Positions 23,561 to 32,000 of a DNA stretch of 32,000 nucleotides are shown here, in pieces. Below the pieces are notes generated by a model that saw nothing but the letters and a program-made list of their open reading frames with translations, was not told where the DNA came from and did no database searches. Within the stretch, counting starts at the first letter, position 1. Each line of letters starts with the position of its first letter. Origin of the DNA: an uncultured Nitrososphaerota archaeon (lineage in GTDB: Archaea > Korarchaeota > Korarchaeia > Korarchaeales > Korarchaeaceae); the NCBI GenBank assembly GCA_964480775.1, contig CAYZRF010000002.1:60001-92000 (forward strand), in the 5' to 3' direction. The position numbers and the translations under genes were made by a program.

Positions 23561-26082
23561 TCCATAAGCGAGCTTCTCTTGACTCCAGACATCACTTCTC
23601 TGAAGCTAGTACCCAAGGCTCCTAGCAACTGACCAAATGTTGTTTCCATGATCTCTAAATATTTGTCCAAGTCCAAATCTTCTTTCTTCGCAAACTCTAC
23701 AGGTTTAACTCCGTTTTTGTCTTTGGTTTTAACGAAGGAAATGACAGATCCGGGTTGTATTCTTATACCCTTTCTCCTTTCTAGCATCATGGCGGCCTTC
23801 ACGTGTTGGGGTGTAGTCTTGACGTAGCCATCAGTGGGTTTAGTTAACATGACTTCAAAGGCAACTTCTTGCAGGGAGAACTCTCCTCTTTCAAGTTTAT
23901 TGCACCACCCTCTTATGACAGCAAAAATCTTTTGTTTAGCACGTTCTAGGTCTTTCTCATCTCTAACATCCTTAAGAATAGAGATTACTTCTTCAAACGC
24001 TCTTCTGACAAAAGCAGGAATGTTTCTTTTCTTTCCTAGCAAGCCCTTTATCTCGACGCTACCATCTTCAAAAACTCCAAGATAATTCTTTTTTAGTCCA
24101 GATAAAATGACATATCTATACACTTTATCTAGTTCTAATTCTATTCCTAACTTCTCATTTATTTTCCTACACAGTTCCTCTATCTTCTCTTGCGGAGCAT
24201 TCTCAACAAACAAGCTGTCGGTATCACCGTAAATTACTCTCAACCCTGCTTTCTCGGCCTCTTCTATTGAGGCCATTATAGCTTTCCTACCAATTGCGGT
24301 AATCATTTCTGCTGTGGGTGGAGAGTAAAGCGGAAAGTTTTCGTACCCAAAAACCCCATATGAAGCGTTAAGAAGCACCTTTAACCCTCTTTGAACAGCA
24401 CCATACCAGTCTCTCTCTGCAGGGCTTTTCGTTGGATCCTTTTCTATCTTCTTGTACCACCTTACCCTAAGGTCCCTTATCGTCTTAATCATGTCTGGAA
24501 TTATCCCTAAACCCTTCTTACATACCCAGTGAGGAAGCTCCTCTACTGGTCTATTAGTTCTACACTCTTCGTGTGGGCAGTTTATTGTTTCAAAACTTAT
24601 CCTCCAAGTCCCAATGATACTTGGATACATGCTAGCGAAATCAAGCACCGAAACATTGAAGTGTGGTCCAGGAACTGGTTCTAGTACAATTGCTCCTTTG
24701 TACTTTTTGCCTTCAATTGTTGCCTTAGTAAACGTTTCCTTTCCCCTAATTGCTTGAATCTCTTCTGGATTTGGTATCAACCAGCCCTTTCGTCGATATT
24801 CGTAGAATATCATGTTTGAAATCCATTTTGAGATGCCGTATCTGGATATATCCTCAATTGTTAGTTTTGAAATCCTTGAAAACACAAAAAGAAGTCTAAT
24901 TAGAGAGTCGTTGTCTATTGTTCCGAGTTTTAGGGTTAGATATGCATCTTGAAAGGAATACTCTGCTAATTCATCAGGAGAAAGGTCTGGAATATTGGAT
25001 TTATCGACTGCAATCTTTCTCTCATTCAATAGAGCTTCAGCTATTTCATCAAGGGTAGCTCCGATATAGGCGTTGTTGAAGATATATACCCTGATAGAAG
25101 AGTTTCTAAATAGCTTGTATAGATCTATGTGAATTCCAGTCTCAACCGTGACCTTGTCCCTTTCTTTTTTCATTAGATCAGACTTGATTCCAAGCTCTTT
25201 AGCTCTTTCCGCTAAGTAGGGCAGGTCAAAGTCATCTCCATTAAATGTTAGAATCAAGGGATAGGAGCTAATCACAGCCATGACTCCTTTGATTAACCCT
25301 TCTTCATGCTCATGGACGATTATCTCTGCTCCAAGCTCCGTTTTATCTTTTTTAGGTGGTCTTCCTCTCTTTAGAATGTGAACTTGTTTCAACCCATCGT
25401 TCCCACTAAGAGAGACGGAGATTATTGGCCATTTAGCGTCTTTAGATCTTGCAATCATCTCTCTTGGCGATGCTACCTCAATGTCTAAGGCAAGGATTTT
25501 CAACTTAGGAGCGGGTTGTCTCAACAGGGGTATAAGACGCTTCGCAAATTCTAACTCTTCTTTTCTACCAGAAAGAAGTTTAATTATCCTCTGATCCTCC
25601 ACATCATACTTACATGCTACTTCTATCTCCTCAGGACCTTTTATCAAGTATAGAGTTCCTGGCTCCAAACCATTATCATATATGTAACAATTGTAATACT
25701 TGATGTTCGCTTCCCATACACGATATCCTTCGGATTTAAGGGTCTCTCTAATGTTATTTTGGGAACCACCAATAGCCAAAGGGTCCTTTGCTACTATCTT
25801 AGTTAGTAAGATCTCTTTATCCTCCAACACATTGAATTTACTAATTGTGGTAATTGAGTGAACTCTAGACATCAGGCTCTCTCCAAGAATATCTTTAATT
25901 CTCTCTGGAGGAGCGTCTGTAAGGAGATAGGGTTTATGTCCAGTCCAATCAGTCATAAAAAAGATTTCTTGCTTTTCGGGATCGAAAAACTTCAGTCTGG
26001 CAGCCTTGGAATTTCCTTCGTAGTCCACCGATAGCAAGTACCCTTTTCTGATCATTAAGTCACTATTGTCTAGATCTCCCAT
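23551..26082 (-). CDS. polB: Family-B DNA polymerase
   Basis: Exo I LALDIEV, Exo II FNGDDFDLPYL, Exo III YSFQDAYL. Pol motif A LDFASMYPSII, motif B KVLLNASYGVFGY, motif C VIYGDTDSLFV. All catalytic motifs are intact. Confidence 0.95.
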   Translation of the reverse strand: MGDLDNSDLMIRKGYLLSVDYEGNSKAARLKFFDPEKQEIFFMTDWTGHKPYLLTDAPPERIKDILGESLMSRVHSITTISKFNVLEDKEILLTKIVAKDPLAIGGSQNNIRETLKSEGYRVWEANIKYYNCYIYDNGLEPGTLYLIKGPEEIEVACKYDVEDQRIIKLLSGRKEELEFAKRLIPLLRQPAPKLKILALDIEVASPREMIARSKDAKWPIISVSLSGNDGLKQVHILKRGRPPKKDKTELGAEIIVHEHEEGLIKGVMAVISSYPLILTFNGDDFDLPYLAERAKELGIKSDLMKKERDKVTVETGIHIDLYKLFRNSSIRVYIFNNAYIGATLDEIAEALLNERKIAVDKSNIPDLSPDELAEYSFQDAYLTLKLGTIDNDSLIRLLFVFSRISKLTIEDISRYGISKWISNMIFYEYRRKGWLIPNPEEIQAIRGKETFTKATIEGKKYKGAIVLEPVPGPHFNVSVLDFASMYPSIIGTWRISFETINCPHEECRTNRPVEELPHWVCKKGLGIIPDMIKTIRDLRVRWYKKIEKDPTKSPAERDWYGAVQRGLKVLLNASYGVFGYENFPLYSPPTAEMITAIGRKAIMASIEEAEKAGLRVIYGDTDSLFVENAPQEKIEELCRKINEKLGIELELDKVYRYVILSGLKKNYLGVFEDGSVEIKGLLGKKRNIPAFVRRAFEEVISILKDVRDEKDLERAKQKIFAVIRGWCNKLERGEFSLQEVAFEVMLTKPTDGYVKTTPQHVKAAMMLERRKGIRIQPGSVISFVKTKDKNGVKPVEFAKKEDLDLDKYLEIMETTFGQLLGALGTSFREVMSGVKRSSLMDYF

Positions 26083-26168
26083 CGTGCTTTTTAGGATTCA
26101 CATCGTGAATTCACTAAACTATCTTTTAATATTTGGATTGATTTCTGCAAAGGGATAGGTGTTAGGAT

Positions 26169-27116
26169 ATGGGAAAACCATCGAAACAATTGACTACAGC
26201 GTTTCTTCTGTTTCTAATGCTCCCTCTGATTCAAACTCATTCACAACCACTTATTTCAAGAGAGAGCGTTGTAGATCTAAAGATCCTTAAAGATTGCTCA
26301 ATTGAGTTAAGAGGCGTTTGGAGCAAACCCATTCGACCTTGGGAAATAGCCTCTTATGTCGCTAGAGGAATACCCCTATCCTCAGATCTAGTATATGTAG
26401 GCAACTTATCTATCAAAAGACAAGAAAGTAGCGGCAAACTAAGAGGAAAGCTAACTGCTAGGATTTATCCTAGGCTAAATCCTCGTGAAGTTAGACCAGA
26501 TATCATAAAAGAACTTCAAGCAGAAAACCTTCTTACAAAATCTAAGATAGTTGACCTGTTGGCAGCCATCTATGGCGAAGATATGGTGGTATACTACGGA
26601 ATAGAGACGGAACTAAGGGATATGAACATAACCTCTGCACTTTATGGAAATCTTACAGTCACTTTTTTGATGATAAACGCAACTGTTGAGAGTTCAGCAA
26701 AATTAATTGACTCTCTGAACCTAACGTTCACTGCAAGTAGAATTTCTGAGGATCTCTACGTTATAACATATGCAGTCAATCTATCGACTTCGGCTATCTC
26801 TCTATCAGAGAAAGAAGGGCATCTAGCTCTTGATTTAGAGCCTGTTGTGAACTTTTTCCCTCCCGATACTGTTGCAACAATAAAAGTAAATTTGACTCAT
26901 GACTCCTTAAGTCTCATCAAAACACATCCAGAGGCGACCTTACTGACTTCTCAATATGCTGAGATTCTTTTTATACCCCTGGAAAAAGATACGGTGGTAT
27001 TATACTTAGATAAAGTTAGAGTATCCCCCTTAATATGGGCGTCCTTTATACTCTCAGCATTTATAATAATAATTATATCAACCAAAAGAAGTTTCAAATT
27101 AAAGCATCGTAAATAA
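26169..27116 (+). CDS. Hypothetical secreted, C-terminally anchored, probably N-glycosylated surface protein
   Basis: N-terminal signal-like segment (TTAFLLFLMLPLIQTHS). C-terminal TM plus basic tail (LIWASFILSAFIIIIISTKRSFKLKHRK). Seven N-x-S/T sequons (NLS, NIT, NLT, NAT, NLT, NLS, NLT). Confidence 0.65.
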   Translation: MGKPSKQLTTAFLLFLMLPLIQTHSQPLISRESVVDLKILKDCSIELRGVWSKPIRPWEIASYVARGIPLSSDLVYVGNLSIKRQESSGKLRGKLTARIYPRLNPREVRPDIIKELQAENLLTKSKIVDLLAAIYGEDMVVYYGIETELRDMNITSALYGNLTVTFLMINATVESSAKLIDSLNLTFTASRISEDLYVITYAVNLSTSAISLSEKEGHLALDLEPVVNFFPPDTVATIKVNLTHDSLSLIKTHPEATLLTSQYAEILFIPLEKDTVVLYLDKVRVSPLIWASFILSAFIIIIISTKRSFKLKHRK

Positions 27117-27330
27117 CTTTCATTAAAAATAAATTAACAATAATCTATAAAACCAAATAATGAATAGAAGACTGATTTCGAAACACCGCTTACCTTCCTT
27201 TTTAAACAAATTATGGCTGCTAAAATCTAAATAAAAAGAAGAATTCACGATTTACGCTAGACTCTATTGAAAAGTACTTTGGAACACACAGATCTACTTA
27301 ATGATAAAGATCAGAGAAAAAAGGTTTAAC

Positions 27331-27339
27331 TTTTAAATA
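27331..27339 (+). promoter_or_regulatory. Candidate TATA box (TTTTAAATA) for the uL22-uS17 operon
   Basis: AT-rich 264-nt intergenic region. The element lies about 45 nt upstream of the uL22 GTG. No obvious SD on the predicted leader. Confidence 0.4.
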
Positions 27340-27380
27340 CAATAAGCCAAGAGTTCTCCGACGAACCTACAACTGGGATA

Positions 27381-27854
27381 GTGGGATGTACATTGCCATC
27401 ATTCGGATATTCATATCAAGAACTTAAGGACAATGAAGCACGAGCATCAGGAAGAGACCTTAGAGTCTCTTACAAAGAGATGGTTGAGCTTCTATCTGCT
27501 ATAAGGGGATTAAAGATAGATAAAGCGAAACAATTGCTAGAGGATGTAGCGTCCCTAAGGAGGCCGGTACCTTTTAAGAGATATGTAAAAGGAGTGGGTC
27601 ATAGAAAACAGCTTCAAGGCTGGAAGATAGGTAGATATCCTGTTAAAGCGGCCAAAATTGTTTTGAAGATTCTGAAAAATGTAGAATATAATGCAACAAA
27701 CAAAGGTTTAGATCCAGAACGCTTGTACATAAAACACGCCGCTGCTCACAAAGGACCTAAGCTTAGAAGATTCTTTCCTAGAGCTTTTGGACGGGCTACT
27801 CCAAAGGTAGAACAACTTGTTCATGTAGAAATTGTGGTGGAGGAGAGAGAATGA
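27381..27854 (+). CDS. rpl22: Ribosomal protein uL22
   Basis: ASGRDLRVSYKEMVELLSAIRGLKIDKAKQLLEDV...HVEIVV. GTG start is uncertain; the TTG at 27393 is also possible. Confidence 0.9.
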   Translation: MGCTLPSFGYSYQELKDNEARASGRDLRVSYKEMVELLSAIRGLKIDKAKQLLEDVASLRRPVPFKRYVKGVGHRKQLQGWKIGRYPVKAAKIVLKILKNVEYNATNKGLDPERLYIKHAAAHKGPKLRRFFPRAFGRATPKVEQLVHVEIVVEERE

Positions 27855-28639
27855 GCGAAGGAGCAAAGCCCATATACAAAAGAATAGTCGAGGAAGGATG
27901 GCTTAAAGCAAGACTTCAGGAATTCTTTGAGTCTACACTTAGAACGGCAGGATTTCATAAAGTGGATGTAGTAAAAACACCAATTAGAGAAGTTGTAACA
28001 ATTTATGCTGATCGGCCTGGAATTGCAATTGGAAAAGGGGGAAAGAGGATTAAAGAGATAACAGAATCGATGAGAAGAGAATTTGGGTTCAAAAACCCCT
28101 ATCTCAGAATAGAAAAAGTAGAAGAACCTTTCCTAAGCGCTCAAATAGTCGCTAACTACATAGCAAGAAGGATATTAAAGGGAGAGAGGCACAGAAGAGT
28201 CGCCTTTGCTGCACTTAGAAGGGTTATGATGGCTGGGGCTGAAGGAGTAGAGATTAGGATATCTGGAAAATTTGGAAAAAGAGCGAGAGAAGACAGATTT
28301 AGAGCTGGAGTTATTTATCGTTGCGGTGGCGACTATTTAGAGAATGTAGAGTATGCCGTGAGGAATATACTCTTACCTCAAGGGTCTATGGGAATAAGAG
28401 TTAGGATAGCTAAACCTGGAACAAGGTTACCTGGCAAACCTTCAATTAGGGAAGAGGAAATAGAAAAAATCTTGACAGAAAAATCATTAGAAGAGGAAGA
28501 GGAGAAGGAAGAAATATCTAAAGAAGAATCTGAAGAGACAATTACCGAAGAAAAAGTTAGAGAAGAGGTAGAGGAGGAGGAAGAGAATGCCGAAGATGAA
28601 GGCGGAGGAGTTAAGGAATCTGAGCAGGGAGGAACTTGA
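27851..28639 (+). CDS. rps3: Ribosomal protein uS3 with a long acidic C-terminal tail
   Basis: KH domain (IYADRPGIAIGKGGKRIKEI) and S3 C-domain. ATGA overlap with uL22. A tail of about 60 aa is rich in E/K. Confidence 0.92.
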   Translation: MSEGAKPIYKRIVEEGWLKARLQEFFESTLRTAGFHKVDVVKTPIREVVTIYADRPGIAIGKGGKRIKEITESMRREFGFKNPYLRIEKVEEPFLSAQIVANYIARRILKGERHRRVAFAALRRVMMAGAEGVEIRISGKFGKRAREDRFRAGVIYRCGGDYLENVEYAVRNILLPQGSMGIRVRIAKPGTRLPGKPSIREEEIEKILTEKSLEEEEEKEEISKEESEETITEEKVREEVEEEEENAEDEGGGVKESEQGGT

Positions 28640-28787
28640 AGCAAGGCTTCGAGAGCTAAGAGAACAGCTATTTTCTCTTAATACCAAGTCAGCGCTCGGT
28701 ACTTTGGAAAAAACTCATATGAGAAAGGAAATAAGAAGAGAAGTTGCTAGAATCCTTACAATCATGAGAGAGAGGGGCTTTCTTTGA
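28587..28787 (+). CDS. rpl29: Ribosomal protein uL29
   Basis: MKAEELRNLSREELEARLRELREQLFSL. Start at 28587 or 28596; both lie inside the uS3 reading frame. Confidence 0.9.
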   Translation: MPKMKAEELRNLSREELEARLRELREQLFSLNTKSALGTLEKTHMRKEIRREVARILTIMRERGFL

Positions 28788-28801
28788 GGGGGAAACACAA
28801 A

Positions 28802-29065
28802 ATGAAAAAGTCAGACCTTCCTTATCATGAACTGATAGGTCTTAAGACTAAGGTTATCTTTTCACCAGATCCAACTCAAATAGGAATTTCTGGTAAAATA
28901 ATTGATGAAACAGCAAATCTTCTTATAATAAGAACTGAAAAAGGTGTAAAAAAGATACCAAAAGATGGCAGGGTTTTTGAGTTTATTATTAGAGAAAAGC
29001 AGGTTGTCGAGCTTAATGGAAAGAACATTCTTGGAAGACCTGAAGAAAGGGTGAAGAAATTATGA
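28802..29065 (+). CDS. rnp1: RNase P protein component 1 (Rpp29/Pop4)
   Basis: ELIGLKTKVIFSPDPTQIGISGKIIDETANLLII...ILGRPEERVKK. Canonical position between uL29 and uS17. I prefer the ATG at 28802 (SD GAGGGGG) over the TTG at 28784. Confidence 0.88.
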   Translation: MKKSDLPYHELIGLKTKVIFSPDPTQIGISGKIIDETANLLIIRTEKGVKKIPKDGRVFEFIIREKQVVELNGKNILGRPEERVKKL

Positions 29066-29403
29066 GGAGACTTCCAGATTATTTAATTGAGGATGTAGAA
29101 AAGCCAACTGAAGAATGCAATGATGATAAATGCCCTTGGCATGGAGACATTTCACTTAGAAAGAAAACCCTAATTGGTCGAGTTGTGTCTACAAAAATGA
29201 CTGGCACAATCAGTGTTGAAATATCTTGGCTGAGATATGTTCCAAAATATAAAAGATACGAGAGGAGAAGAAGGAAAATTCACGCACACATCCCGCCTTG
29301 CTTATCAGTTAAGGAAGGAGATCTTGTTAAGATCATAGAAGTAAGAAGATTAGCAAAAACAGTGGCCTTTGTCACGCTAGGCAAGGTGAAAGGAAAGCAA
29401 TAG
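29062..29403 (+). CDS. rps17: Ribosomal protein uS17
   Basis: CNDDKCPWHGDISLRKKTLIGRVVSTKMTGTISVE...KEGDLVKIIEVRRLAKTVAF. Confidence 0.93.
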   Translation: MRRLPDYLIEDVEKPTEECNDDKCPWHGDISLRKKTLIGRVVSTKMTGTISVEISWLRYVPKYKRYERRRRKIHAHIPPCLSVKEGDLVKIIEVRRLAKTVAFVTLGKVKGKQ

Positions 29404-29416
29404 CAAAATACTACTT

Positions 29417-30526
29417 TTACGCTTGCTTTTTCCTCCTTATTCCGTATCTGGATACATCATAAAATGGCATCTTAACTACATTTACCTTGATTTCTCCTTT
29501 ATTCTTGACTAGAAGTTGCGTATTTGCTTCAGATAGTTCGGGGGGAATATATGCCATGGCAATTCCTCTCTCAACGATAGGACTAAATGTCCCACTAGTG
29601 ACATGTCCAACAACTTCATCTTTCCAATACACCAAATCTCCTCTCCTTGGACTTCGTCTTGATTCACTCAATAGACCAACTCTGATGATTTCGACTCCTC
29701 TCTCTTTTTGCGTAACAACAACTTCCTTCCCTATGAAATCATCTTTTTCCATAGAAACGGCAAATTCAAGGCGAGCTTCTACAGGAGTGGTTTTTTCATC
29801 AATGTCATTTCCATAAAGGCACATACCAGCTTCTAGTCTAAGTATATCTCTAGCCCCTAACCCACAGGGCTGAACTCTTTCTTCTTGAACTAAAGTTTCA
29901 AAAGCCTTTTTGGCCTTATTGATATCCCAAAAAACTATTTCATACCCGTCTTCTCCAGTGTAACCGGTTCTAGAAATGGAAGCTCTAGACCCGAAGGCAA
30001 TAACCTTCATTCCCCTGTATCTCTTCAAATCCAAACCTTCTTCGACATGTGGTTCAATTATCTCTTTAGATTTTGGTCCTTGAACTGCTATCATTACAGT
30101 TTGGGAGGTTATATCCTTAATCTTTACATCAAGCTTCCATTTGTCTATGAGATGGAGAAGCCAACCATATATCTTCTCTCTTGTCGATGCGTTGGTAACT
30201 TCTAAGTAAACATCCTCTTCTAGCCTAAGGATGACCTCGTCATCTTTGATTCCGCCATTTTCATTGAGAAAAAGAGTGTACCTAGCTCTGCCGGGATTGA
30301 CGTCCATGTCATTTGTTGTTGCTCGCTGTAAAAGTTTTACAGCATCTTTTCCTTCAATCAAAAACCTTCCCATATGAGATACATCAAATACGCCGCAGCG
30401 ATTTCGTACGGCTAATGTTTCCTTCAGAGGTGAGATATAGTAAAGTGGCAAATGCCAGCCCGCAAATTCTACAAACTTTGCACCCATTTTAGCCTGAATT
30501 TCTTTTAGAGGGGTTTCTAGAGACAT
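29417..30526 (-). CDS. gcvT: Glycine cleavage system aminomethyltransferase (T protein)
   Basis: FAGWHLPLYYISPLKETLAVRNRCGVFDVSHMGRFLIEG...ISRTGYTGEDGYEI. Confidence 0.92.
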   Translation of the reverse strand: MSLETPLKEIQAKMGAKFVEFAGWHLPLYYISPLKETLAVRNRCGVFDVSHMGRFLIEGKDAVKLLQRATTNDMDVNPGRARYTLFLNENGGIKDDEVILRLEEDVYLEVTNASTREKIYGWLLHLIDKWKLDVKIKDITSQTVMIAVQGPKSKEIIEPHVEEGLDLKRYRGMKVIAFGSRASISRTGYTGEDGYEIVFWDINKAKKAFETLVQEERVQPCGLGARDILRLEAGMCLYGNDIDEKTTPVEARLEFAVSMEKDDFIGKEVVVTQKERGVEIIRVGLLSESRRSPRRGDLVYWKDEVVGHVTSGTFSPIVERGIAMAYIPPELSEANTQLLVKNKGEIKVNVVKMPFYDVSRYGIRRKKQA

Positions 30527-30592
30527 CGATGCTGTTGATATGACTTAATGTTAAAATTCTATGCCACCTTTAGGAATTATGTGTGACTGAAT

Positions 30593-31957
30593 ATGAAGGA
30601 AGGAGAACTCATTGAACTGCTATCTGGCATTGTAGGAGCTGAAAATGTCCTTACGGGAGAAATAGAGTTGGCATCTTATTCCTATGATGCTTCTAACATA
30701 AGAGGTTATCCTAGTATTGTTGTAAGACCCTCAAATAGCCAAGAGGTTTCTGAAATCTTAAAGATTGCAAATGAAACGGGAACTCCTGTGACCCCCCGTG
30801 GCTCCGGCACATCCGTAGTGGGAGGTTCCGTTCCAATAAAAGGAGGCATTGTCGTTGATCTACTTAGAATGGACAAGATCATTGAAGTGGATGAGGACAA
30901 CTTACTAGCTACGGTAGAAGCTGGAGTCACTGTATCTGAACTCAATAAAGCAATCGAAAACAAGAGCTTCTATCCGATAGACCCGGAAGTAAGAGGACTT
31001 TCCACTATTGGAGGCATCTTGGCAGAAGATTCGGCCTGTCCACTAACGGCAGAGTACGGTACAGCAAGAGATAATGTCTTTGAGATTGAAGTTGTGTTGC
31101 CTGAGGGTAAAATAGTTCACCTTGGGACTAAAGCCCCTTCAAAACAAAGAGGTTTGATTGACTTAATGATAGGATCAGAGGGCACGCTGGGGATCATAAC
31201 AAAAGCAACCGTAAAACTTTCTGCAAAGCCCGAGGCAAGATATGGTTTCTTCATTAAGATGAGCGATAGCTCTGATGCTATTTCTATAGTGCAAGAGGCA
31301 GAGAAAAAAGGAATAAGAATATCTGCTTTTCAGGCAATTTATAGGGATGCACTCAAAGAAATAGAAGAGGAAATAAGTACTGATTACATAGATTTCGCAG
31401 GGTTAATAGAGCTAAGGGGAGAATCTTTATGGCTTTCTTCTTGGATTCCAAAAATGCGTGAGATAATCTCTGAGTTAGATCCTGTGGAAGTTGAAGAAAT
31501 TGAGGAGGAAGGGATTGAAGAGTATTGGGATAAAGTGTCGGTTGTTTATGAGGTAATGAAGAAAAAAGGATTGACAGGATTCTCCATTAGCTTCACAATT
31601 TATAGGGATAGGATGAGAGATCTTCTTCAAAGGATAGATCAAGCATCAATGAGACTAAACTTACCGTCTATCACGACATTTCATCCAACTCTCGGTTGGA
31701 TAATTGCTACCTTTCTCTTTGGCCCAGAAGATAAAAAGGAGAGCGAGAGAGCCGAAAAGGCCATCGGCTTTGTTGGAGAAGAGGTCTCAAGGTTAGGAGG
31801 CTCCATAGGATTTGGAACAGGGATTGGTGTCTCGATGATTAACCAATACTTCAAATCATCCCCCGAAGCCGTTAGACTTTTTGCTGTACTAAAGAAATCC
31901 TTTGATCCTAAGAATATAATGAATCCTGGAAAGCTAATTCCCTCGAGGGAGATTTGA
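30593..31957 (+). CDS. FAD-linked oxidase (GlcD / D-lactate dehydrogenase family)
   Basis: PCMH-type FAD-binding domain: PSIVVRPSNSQEVSEILKIANETGTPVTPRGSGTSVVGGSVP...GSEGTLGIITKATVKL. C-terminal FDPKNIMNPGKL. Confidence 0.88.
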   Translation: MKEGELIELLSGIVGAENVLTGEIELASYSYDASNIRGYPSIVVRPSNSQEVSEILKIANETGTPVTPRGSGTSVVGGSVPIKGGIVVDLLRMDKIIEVDEDNLLATVEAGVTVSELNKAIENKSFYPIDPEVRGLSTIGGILAEDSACPLTAEYGTARDNVFEIEVVLPEGKIVHLGTKAPSKQRGLIDLMIGSEGTLGIITKATVKLSAKPEARYGFFIKMSDSSDAISIVQEAEKKGIRISAFQAIYRDALKEIEEEISTDYIDFAGLIELRGESLWLSSWIPKMREIISELDPVEVEEIEEEGIEEYWDKVSVVYEVMKKKGLTGFSISFTIYRDRMRDLLQRIDQASMRLNLPSITTFHPTLGWIIATFLFGPEDKKESERAEKAIGFVGEEVSRLGGSIGFGTGIGVSMINQYFKSSPEAVRLFAVLKKSFDPKNIMNPGKLIPSREI

Positions 31958-32000
31958 ATGAGCGTCTTTCCCAAGCCACTACTTAAGAATCTAGATCTCT
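31958..32000 (+). CDS. Start of a downstream gene (partial), possibly the partner subunit of the GlcD-like oxidase
   Basis: The ATG immediately follows the TGA of the preceding gene (TGAATG). MSVFPKPLLKNLDL... is open to the window edge. Too short to identify. Confidence 0.25.
   Translation, partial: MSVFPKPLLKNLDL

Noticed and set aside
27117-27380. Replication origin in the AT-rich 264-nt spacer near polB
   Set aside because: There are no repeated ORB-like elements or inverted repeats, and no adjacent orc1/cdc6. The spacer is more simply explained as terminator plus promoter for the relocated uL22 operon.
1-32000. CRISPR arrays, rRNA genes, transposases or IS elements, long direct repeats
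   Set aside because: Reading through the window revealed no regularly spaced repeats, no rRNA-like GC-rich blocks, and no transposase or integrase motifs. This was a visual scan only, not a computed repeat search.

Overview
The window is a chromosomal core region of an archaeon. It is probably a TACK/Thermoproteota-type (hyper)thermophile, for three reasons. The DNA looks AT-rich (roughly 40% GC by eye, not computed) while the two tRNA genes are very GC-rich. A putative Rpo8/RpoG subunit is present alongside eL14 and eL34. The cbf5 gene carries a bulge-helix-bulge intron. On the minus strand lies a tightly packed ribosomal 'spc-like' operon: uL14-uL24-eS4-uL5-uS14-uS8-uL6-eL32-eL19-uL18-uS5-uL30-uL15-SecY-DUF106-eL34-eL14-Cbf5. 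It is followed by tRNA-Ser, tRNA-Val, a PRC-barrel protein and Rpo8. The uL22-uS3-uL29-Rpp29-uS17 block, which normally sits just upstream, lies about 13 kb away on the opposite strand. Between the two blocks are an FAD oxidoreductase, a SWIM protein, an XRE-HTH regulator, the mevalonate trio (HMG-CoA synthase, thiolase, DUF35), GatD/GatE, a family-B DNA polymerase and a putative surface glycoprotein. The right end carries gcvT and a GlcD-like FAD oxidase. The left end carries a TFB paralog translationally coupled to a membrane-anchored HerA/VirB4-like ATPase. The most notable observations are: (1) cbf5 is interrupted by a 29-nt canonical BHB pre-mRNA intron that splits the catalytic Asp codon, so it is not a pseudogene; (2) the operon-encoded thiolase has His where the thiolase nucleophile Cys normally sits; (3) the TFB paralog lacks the B-reader/B-linker and overlaps the CedB-like ATPase gene; (4) the ribosomal supercluster is broken and inverted. 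No CRISPR array, transposase, integrase or rRNA gene was seen.
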